DNA from: Thermococcus sp. JdFR-02
GTDB taxonomy: Archaea; Methanobacteriota_B; Thermococci; Thermococcales; Thermococcaceae
Direction: 5' to 3'
NCBI GenBank assembly: GCA_002009975.1
Contig: MTLP01000011.1
Location: 1-20,986 of the forward strand
DNA: 20,986 bases
Of this stretch, positions 1 to 5,996 are shown piece by piece (the stretch's first letter is position 1; each line of letters opens with the position of its first letter). The position numbers and the translations under genes were made by a program. The notes under the pieces are model-generated. The model did not search any database and was not told where the DNA came from. It was given only the letters and a program-made list of their open reading frames with translations.

Positions 1-1109
1 TCATCGATGATGTGGATCACCTGTACGCGCTCGTATGAACTTTCTTCCTGGTTCAGCCTGAAGGGGCCTTTCTTCTCGCAATGCTCACACAGATACGGTT
101 CCTTTACGCATCTGAGGTCTTCAGGTTGGGGGATATGGTTCAGCTCGCCACAGCGCTGGCACTCGAATACACCAACCACCAGCCTCGAGAATGGGAAGCC
201 CGCTCTGCTAACTATGCCCTCTAAACTCACCAGCTTGGCAAAGTAGCGAGGTTCGCCGATTTGCCTTGCTTCTATAACTTCAGGGACTCCTGAGACGCCG
301 ACATTTACAGACAGGGGAGCAATGCGCACATCCTCTCTGTCCTCGTCTGGTACCAGCAACTCCGCAGAGATATGATGACGTGCGGCTAGCCTGCCAGCGA
401 CTGCGCGAAGTTCCTGGAGTTCTCTGTCCGGATTTTCCAGCAGTCTGTCTGCGAGTTCGTAACTCAGTGCAGCCACATCGTCGAAGTCGATGATGAGGCG
501 CTTCTTCTCTGGGAAGTACCTGCCTATTTCGGCGAGCCTCCTGCGGTACTTATCGCCTGCGAGGAGCAACTCCCACAGGGAGTCGTGGCCAGTAATATTT
601 GCGATCTGTGTCGCCTTCAGAAGCCGCATTCTCAAGATGTCCTCCAGGGTCTCTGGCTTTTCCTCCGCCTTCTCTGCAATATCGCCGCAGGTAAGGGTAC
701 CATCGAGGCGTAACCTCAGAGCGCCGGCGTCGAGCATTAGGAGTACTGCCTTTCTTATTTCTTCCTCAGACTCTTCAGGGAACCTCTCAAGCAACTCGCC
801 GAGAGGAACACTGCGATGTTTCCTTACGATACTGAGCACACGATCTCTGATACTTATGGAATCATCTGCACGCTGGTTCCTATTTTCATCGCTACCCTTA
901 GGTACTTCGCTGGCAGAAAACGAGGGGGTTCTCTTTTCTTCCTCTACCTCTTCAGACCGAGACGTCTGACGGGTGAGTTCTGCAAAGACTTCCTTTACAA
1001 CGTCCAGCGGCGCTTCGAGCGCCTCTGCGAGTTCTTCTGGCATGGTGTCTGGCTGGCGCCGCAACAGGCGGATTATACGGCGCCTCAGCTCCTCTTCTTT
1101 AATAGTCAT
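1..1109 (-). CDS. mcm: MCM replicative helicase, N-terminal part (3'-truncated by the window edge), with a ~170 aa N-terminal extension containing two HTH/wHTH-like segments
   Basis: Manual translation from ATG 1109 (GGTGAG RBS overlapping the cdc6 stop) is open for 369 codons to the edge: MTIKEEELRRRIIRLL...YFPEKKRLIIDFDDVAALSYELADRLLENPD...KLVSLEGIVSRA...VFECQRCG...EPYLCEHCEKKGPFRLNQEESSYERVQVIHIID. This matches the archaeal MCM N-domain (A subdomain, OB fold, C4 zinc finger). The AAA+ domain would lie outside the window. Confidence 0.88.
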   Translation of the reverse strand, partial: MTIKEEELRRRIIRLLRRQPDTMPEELAEALEAPLDVVKEVFAELTRQTSRSEEVEEEKRTPSFSASEVPKGSDENRNQRADDSISIRDRVLSIVRKHRSVPLGELLERFPEESEEEIRKAVLLMLDAGALRLRLDGTLTCGDIAEKAEEKPETLEDILRMRLLKATQIANITGHDSLWELLLAGDKYRRRLAEIGRYFPEKKRLIIDFDDVAALSYELADRLLENPDRELQELRAVAGRLAARHHISAELLVPDEDREDVRIAPLSVNVGVSGVPEVIEARQIGEPRYFAKLVSLEGIVSRAGFPFSRLVVGVFECQRCGELNHIPQPEDLRCVKEPYLCEHCEKKGPFRLNQEESSYERVQVIHIID

Positions 1110-1115
1110 GGTCAC

Positions 1116-2354
1116 TCACCAGAAGTCCGTAAGGGTCTTCTTCTGCACACTGCCCCCGTTCTGAGCAGATCGGGCCGAGAGGTTGGGCTGGCTATTCTCG
1201 CAGAGAAGGTTCTTGGAAGTGAAGGAGTATTCTGTGGCAAGTGACTTTACTATCACTTCTTTAGCTTCAGCTGCGTCGTAATGAAACGCGGGGTATACGA
1301 ACCAATCAACTCCTCTCCCACGGCCCTTTCTCCCTTTTCTGACGATATCGACAAATCCCAAGAGCTCTAGCTGCTTCAGGAGGTCTGAAAGTCTACGCTG
1401 TGAGAGTGTCTTCGCTCCTATTTGCTTGGCAACAAAGTTGAACTGGTGGTAGATGTTCGTGGGACTTTCGCCATCCATTTTATCGAGCACGCAGTAGAGT
1501 AAAATTCTCTGGCTTTCGCTTAGTCTTTCAATGCTCTGCCGGATGAACTCCTTCTCTATTTCTCCCTCTGCAATTCTCACATCTCCTTCCGTGACCTTCT
1601 CCGATCCCCTTCTTATGGCCACATCGGCTGCCATCGAGAGGAGGTTCAGAGCATATCTAGCATCTCCGTTCTTCCTTGCAGCCATGGCTGCGCAGAGCGG
1701 AATAACGCTTTCTTCGAGAACGGCCTCATAAAACGCCTGTTCTGCCCTGTGCAAGAGTATATTCTCCAGCTGACTGGCATCGTATGGAGGGAAAAAGATC
1801 TTTCTTGGGATGAATGAGGATGAGACCCTGATGTCTTGGATGAGACTCAAAACAGCAAGATTGTTTGAAATTGCCACTATAGAGGTGTTGGGATGACGAG
1901 AGAGGTGGTATAAAAGCCTTTCACCGTCTTTCACCAGCATTTTGTCAATTTCATCAAGGATCACTATAGTTATGCCTTCATCAATAGCTTTTTTAAGGGA
2001 TTCCCAAGTCTCTACGAATCCAAGCCCTTTTAGAGGCACATCAAAGCCGCTTTCACGAGCCAGCTTTGCAGTAACCTGATACGCTGTTCCATCGGCCACG
2101 GTGTACAGTATCCTAGTATTTTCGGCCACCTCTGATAGCCGTTTTGCGACATACAGCACACAGGTGGTCTTGCCAGAACCTGGCACCCCGACCACAAGCA
2201 GATCAGGAGGTTTGCCCCCATCCAGTACATAACCGAGATAATGCTGCAGATCTTTTATTTCCTTATCTCTGCCCTGTAAAGTGTCTGGAACGTACTGGAG
2301 GTCGAGCACAGACCTGTTCCTGAAAATTCTTGGACGCTCAAATACTCCGTCCAT
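1116..2354 (-). CDS. cdc6: Orc1/Cdc6-family replication initiator (AAA+ plus winged helix), 412 aa
   Basis: N-terminal IFRNRSVLDLQYVPDTLQGRD, Walker A GVPGSGKTT, Walker B IVILDEID, FPPYDASQL, GDARYALNLL, and a C-terminal wHTH (LSDLLKQLELLGFV...GRGRG). Start moved from TTG 2429 to ATG 2354 because of the GGTGG RBS and a TATA box at 2387-2394. Confidence 0.95.
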   Translation of the reverse strand: MDGVFERPRIFRNRSVLDLQYVPDTLQGRDKEIKDLQHYLGYVLDGGKPPDLLVVGVPGSGKTTCVLYVAKRLSEVAENTRILYTVADGTAYQVTAKLARESGFDVPLKGLGFVETWESLKKAIDEGITIVILDEIDKMLVKDGERLLYHLSRHPNTSIVAISNNLAVLSLIQDIRVSSSFIPRKIFFPPYDASQLENILLHRAEQAFYEAVLEESVIPLCAAMAARKNGDARYALNLLSMAADVAIRRGSEKVTEGDVRIAEGEIEKEFIRQSIERLSESQRILLYCVLDKMDGESPTNIYHQFNFVAKQIGAKTLSQRRLSDLLKQLELLGFVDIVRKGRKGRGRGVDWFVYPAFHYDAAEAKEVIVKSLATEYSFTSKNLLCENSQPNLSARSAQNGGSVQKKTLTDFW

Positions 2355-2385
2355 TTGTACCACCCACACCCAGAAGAAAATGGAA

Positions 2386-2396
2386 GTATTTAAAAG
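2386..2396 (-). promoter_or_regulatory. Putative TATA box of the cdc6-mcm operon
   Basis: CTTTTAAATAC on the minus strand, ~32 nt upstream of ATG 2354. Confidence 0.6.
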
Positions 2397-2430
2397 AATC
2401 AATTTCAGCGATGTCTGAGAAGGTAGCAAG

Positions 2431-2923
2431 ATTGCGACTAAATATTTTACAGCTGTATAGCTTCACTCCTAGAGAGGACACACACGAGATTGCGAATAAA
2501 TCAGACACCCCTCTCCTAAATTTTGTTAACCGTATCGGCTCTTTAGGTCTAAGGTTCTGGACATCAGCTCTGGTTACCAAAGTAAAGAGAGAGCAGAGTT
2601 TGCATTGTAACATGAAGAAGGCTGCCTACTGTTAATCACGGTGAAAAAACAAAATAAAAAGTGAAAAATATAAAAAATTAAAAAATATTTTTCTTGCTTT
2701 ACGTGTTAAACACTAATATTTGCCTCTCAAAAACCCTCTATAGAAGCGATTTATTCGCAATTAGGTTAGCATAATTTCTAAAATTGCGAATAATATAAAA
2801 AATTTATGTTGAGAAGATACTTCAGCGACAAAATTTCTTCAGCTGTGTTGATTTATTCGCAATTTCGTGTGTGTCACCCTTCCGGGACTGAAGTTTTATA
2901 GCCGTAAAATATTTAACCGCAAT
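2431..2923. repeat. ~74 bp imperfect inverted repeat (arms 2431-2503 and 2849-2923) and six ATTGCGAATAAAT-like boxes
   Basis: Arm 1 is attgcgactaaatattttacagctgtatagcttcactcctagagaggacacacacgagattgcgaataaatca. The reverse complement of arm 2 is attgcggttaaatattttacggctataaaacttcagtcccggaagggtgacacacacgaaattgcgaataaatca. Boxes lie at 2431(+, degenerate), 2489(+), 2749(-), 2783(+), 2851(-) and 2911(-, degenerate). Confidence 0.95.
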
Positions 2924-2995
2924 TATATCGGGGTTACCAAAATCCTGATACGCAGGTTACCAAAACTCAGGAGTTACGTTTCTGGGGGAAGTGGG

Positions 2996-3016
2996 AGAGA
3001 GGGGGTCCCCCTCTCT
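2996..3016. repeat. Perfect 21 bp interrupted palindrome AGAGAGGGGG-T-CCCCCTCTCT
   Basis: Read directly: 10 bp arms around one central base. Confidence 0.9.
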
Positions 3017-3059
3017 TTAGTTTGATACAATTGTTTCCAAAAGATCCCAAGTTTTAGGT

Positions 3060-3070
3060 CTTTTAAATAC
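3060..3070 (+). promoter_or_regulatory. Putative TATA box of the HTH gene
   Basis: CTTTTAAATAC ~33 nt upstream of ATG 3103, with RBS AGGTGG at 3092-3097. The 11-mer is identical to the cdc6 promoter box. Confidence 0.6.
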
Positions 3071-3102
3071 CTCTTTCTTTTTCCTATTCAAAGGTGGTGT
3101 GA

Positions 3103-4299
3103 ATGAAGAATCTTACTCAAGGAGAGAGAAAATTCCTTAATTTTCTTGTTTCTAAAGCGTCAAATGGGATTTTGGAGGTATCTCTTCGCGAACTCGCCAG
3201 GGAACTCGGTATATCTCATCCTGCAATTTTAAAAAAGGTAAAAATTTTAACAGCCAAAGGCGCAATAAGTTACCAAAAAGGGAGGGGAAAAGTGCCATCA
3301 CGTATAATTGTTAAGGATTCAGGGATTACTAATTTTTCAAATGTAAAAGATCTAGAGGTTACCAAAAGCACAGATGTGAAAGCTCCCAAGGTTACCAATT
3401 TTTCAGAGGTAAAAGTTACCAAAAGTCATAACATGAAGGTTACCAAAACTCAGGAATATACAGAAAGTACTAAAACAGAAGGTTACCAAAAAGAGGATAC
3501 AAGGGTTACCAGAAGGACGGTTACCAAAACTTTAGATGCAAGGGAGAGGTCAAAAGGTGACTCTGGAGAAGCACCACACGACGAAGCGCGTAGTGCGGTA
3601 ATCCGATGGCTCAAAATGGGCGGGCCGCCAGACGCTAGGGAGATAGCCGCAGCTGCGGATCTTCCGGTATCAGCGGTTGAGAGGGCGCTTGCTGAGATCC
3701 AGAGGTTGCCAGAGAGACTGAATCCCTCTGTGGGAATCACTTGCGCTTCTGCTGAGAGGGGTGATGTTTCAGCAGAGCCGGGGCAGACCACGCTAAGCGT
3801 TGCACTAGACCACATAGGTGATGCGGGAAGTATCAAGCCAAGAAAGCACGTGGCAGATGCAGAACCGCCTTCAGAGAAGACATCGCCAGTCTCCCCGATA
3901 CAGGCATCGTTTTCCCAAGCCACCACCAAGGAAGCGCTGGCTTCTTCCCGCGAAGAGACAGCTAAGAGTGAGCCAGCACCGCGTTCTGATGATACCTCCG
4001 GGGAGGCAGGAGTACACTCCGCTTTAGCAACTATGCCCGTACAGCCTCCTCCACCGCCAGCAGTCAGAGTAGAAAATGAGAAGGTACTCGAAAGTTCTCA
4101 CAACAAAGAACGTCTCAAAACACTCACCTACCACCTTAAGAAGCTGACTGAGAGCAATGGTGCAGCGCTCGAGACAGAGTTGCTGCACATCTACACAATG
4201 CAAGGATGGGGGAAGGCTGAACTGAGAGAGGATCTCGCTGCACTGCAGCGACAAGGCAAAGTAGAAAGCGTAGGGAGCAGGAGATGGCAGCTGAAATAA
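3103..4299 (+). CDS. Multi-HTH DNA-binding protein (N-terminal wHTH, internal HTH, C-terminal wHTH, low-complexity linkers); candidate initiator or origin-binding protein
   Basis: N-terminal SLRELARELGISHPAILKKVKILTAKGAI (wHTH), internal DAREIAAAADLPVSAVERALAEI, and C-terminal KERLKTL...ELREDLAALQRQGKVESVGSRRWQLK resembling MCM/RPA C-terminal wHTH domains. Good RBS and TATA box. Confidence 0.8.
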   Translation: MKNLTQGERKFLNFLVSKASNGILEVSLRELARELGISHPAILKKVKILTAKGAISYQKGRGKVPSRIIVKDSGITNFSNVKDLEVTKSTDVKAPKVTNFSEVKVTKSHNMKVTKTQEYTESTKTEGYQKEDTRVTRRTVTKTLDARERSKGDSGEAPHDEARSAVIRWLKMGGPPDAREIAAAADLPVSAVERALAEIQRLPERLNPSVGITCASAERGDVSAEPGQTTLSVALDHIGDAGSIKPRKHVADAEPPSEKTSPVSPIQASFSQATTKEALASSREETAKSEPAPRSDDTSGEAGVHSALATMPVQPPPPPAVRVENEKVLESSHNKERLKTLTYHLKKLTESNGAALETELLHIYTMQGWGKAELREDLAALQRQGKVESVGSRRWQLK

Positions 4300-4694
4300 C
4301 GAAAAAGCCCCTCGTCGCGATGCAAAGAGGTCTGTGACAGGTAGACCACATAGCTCTCTTAGATACACAGAGAGGTGCGCATAGAGAATCGCAACGGTCC
4401 AGCCTACTTATAACCAAAGGGGAAAAATAACAGGGATTAAGGCAGATGCAATCACATCTATGATATGTTAGTTTAGAATTGTCTCTATAATCCTGTCCAC
4501 AATAAATTAACTTAATTTTTGTCTTTAAAGTCAATTTTTGAGCACATTCCTCTCGCAATACCTCTGAATATTAGGCATTTTTATCATTGGCTTGCACCTA
4601 TACCCCCAATTTTGGACTTCTTATTATGTGCAATATTCCGCCTCCTTAACAAGCTCATAGGCTGTCTTTTTGTATCTGGAGGGTGGCATTTGTC

Positions 4695-5135
4695 CTACTC
4701 CGCTCTCCCCATTATAAGCTGAAAGTCCTCCTCAGGAATTTCCCTCATAGCTTTGCCCTGAATGTGCCCAGTCCAGCGACGCTTGTTTTTGATAAAGCTA
4801 AGCTCAGGTATCAGCGACTTGAAGTCAATCGGCTTCAAGAAGATTTTTATCGGGCTGAGCTTTATTCGCAGCGGGTAGGTCTCCTTTCTATCAGGAGGGG
4901 AGTTGAATATCCTACTAGCATTTCTGAACATTTCAGAATCAACCTCGTAGGCAGCCACTACGCTAGGTGGCACGATCTCCTTATCTTTCCTGTGGGACAT
5001 TACGTAGATTAAGCACTTATCGCCTGGCTTCACTCTTGCTATAGTATTCCTGTGCCTCTCAGCCACTCCCCAGATATTTTTCTCTTTTATAACCTTCCAG
5101 TTTTCCTCTGTGGTTATGCAAAGCCAGAGGGTCAT
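4695..5135 (-). CDS. Standalone EVE-domain (PUA-like, archaeal UPF0310/DUF55-type) protein
   Basis: [21 protein letters not shown]...[11 protein letters not shown]...YPLRIKL...[19 protein letters not shown]...[15 protein letters not shown] is the typical archaeal EVE signature. Confidence 0.93.
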   Translation of the reverse strand: MTLWLCITTEENWKVIKEKNIWGVAERHRNTIARVKPGDKCLIYVMSHRKDKEIVPPSVVAAYEVDSEMFRNASRIFNSPPDRKETYPLRIKLSPIKIFLKPIDFKSLIPELSFIKNKRRWTGHIQGKAMREIPEEDFQLIMGRAE

Positions 5136-5145
5136 TAGTAACTGT

Positions 5146-5174
5146 TTTATAATTGGATGTATATTTATTTTTCG
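5146..5174. promoter_or_regulatory. Overlapping divergent promoters for the EVE and rhomboid-like genes (probably leaderless transcripts)
   Basis: Minus strand CGAAAAA-TAAATATA (5174-5160) ends 24 nt before ATG 5135. Plus strand TTTTATAA (~5146-5152) lies ~23 nt before ATG 5175. Confidence 0.5.
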
Positions 5175-5984
5175 ATGAAAATTATATATTCACTTTGGAT
5201 AAAGTTACTTATTCTTCTCTATGGTGTAATCCCTGCTATTTTAATTGCGTTATTTTACTTAGGAAAACCTTACGAAGACTTTTTAATACTTAAAAATACA
5301 GATCCCACAATTCTATCCATTTTATTAAATCATTATTATCATAATTCAGAAAAACATCTAATAAATAATATTCAAGGGTATCTTCTGCTCATAAGTGTTA
5401 ATTTAGCACAGTTAGCAACGTTGCATAGAGATTATAAGTGGTTTAAAGCCTGCTTAATTTTAGTTTTTGTGGTATTTCCGATTATAGGAAGTATAATATA
5501 TGTTTATTTTTCAAATTCAAGCTTTAATACTCTAGGTTTTTCATTTATAAATTCCGAACTCATAGGATTTATTATTGCAGGAACTGCAAAGTTTTATAAT
5601 AAGACGGTAAGTGGTTTTAAAAACCAATTTTTCCTTTTTATATACTTATCACTGTCGCTGCTAATTTACTTTTTTACGTATTTCGAATACATTAAAAAAT
5701 ATCTTTATTTGACAATATTCCCCATATCACTTTTATTTATTTCAATTGTATTTATTAAATCAAACTTCATTGAAATATTTCAGAAACTCATAGAAGGAGA
5801 TAAAAATGCACGAATTAAGTTCTTTATGGCATTCATGTTTCAGCTCTTATTTATAACCCTCTTACCTGCAATTTTTCCTAAAGTGATTGTTTTAAATGGG
5901 CATCAGATAAATATTTATCTTCATTTTGTAGGACTAGTTTTTGGTCTGTATCTGGTATATTTTACCGACATTAAACTCCGATGA
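5175..5984 (+). CDS. Polytopic membrane protein, rhomboid-like intramembrane serine protease family
   Basis: About 7-8 hydrophobic helices. [13 protein letters not shown] matches the rhomboid HxxxxHxxxN loop, LGFSF is GxSG-like with the putative catalytic Ser, and [12 protein letters not shown] contains HxxG with the putative catalytic His. Very AT-rich. Alternative start at 5157. Confidence 0.7.
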   Translation: MKIIYSLWIKLLILLYGVIPAILIALFYLGKPYEDFLILKNTDPTILSILLNHYYHNSEKHLINNIQGYLLLISVNLAQLATLHRDYKWFKACLILVFVVFPIIGSIIYVYFSNSSFNTLGFSFINSELIGFIIAGTAKFYNKTVSGFKNQFFLFIYLSLSLLIYFFTYFEYIKKYLYLTIFPISLLFISIVFIKSNFIEIFQKLIEGDKNARIKFFMAFMFQLLFITLLPAIFPKVIVLNGHQINIYLHFVGLVFGLYLVYFTDIKLR

Positions 5985-5996
5985 ATTGAAAATTTA

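Larger units (their letters stand above)
2431..3016. other. Putative replication origin (non-canonical repeats plus DNA-unwinding element)
   Basis: Non-coding region immediately upstream of cdc6. Long inverted arms at 2431-2503 and 2849-2923 flank an A-rich tract (2641-2700, 8/60 G+C), with repeated boxes and a G-string palindrome. Confidence 0.7.
2572..3529 (+). repeat. Iteron-like direct repeats (G/A)GTTACCAAAA, 11 copies (some imperfect in the A tail)
   Basis: Copies start at 2572, 2932 and 2955 (intergenic) and at 3268, 3357, 3390, 3414, 3438, 3481, 3504 and 3519 (inside CDS 3103-4299). All are in the same orientation. AGGTTACCAAAACTCAGGA is identical at 2954-2972 and 3437-3455. Confidence 0.93.

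Noticed and set aside
7-1244. Plus-strand ORFs 7-246, 490-969, 816-1244 and 973-1164
   Set aside because: They are antisense shadows of the mcm and cdc6 genes with no recognisable motifs.
2330-2635. ORFs 2330-2635 (+) and 2338-2613 (-), and the 25-codon upstream extension of cdc6
   Set aside because: They overlap the promoter and inverted-repeat arm, use weak starts and show no protein-like features.
2355-3102. Canonical ORB/mini-ORB consensus
   Set aside because: I found no convincing TCCAnTGGA core by eye, only G-strings.
2572-3529. Repeats as a CRISPR array
   Set aside because: Units are only ~11 bp, irregularly spaced and partly inside a CDS, and no cas genes are present.
3483-4722. 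ORFs 3483-3929, 3818-4027, 4024-4368, 4136-4558 and 4519-4722
   Set aside because: They overlap better-supported genes or have atypical Cys/Ser-rich composition without clear start signals.
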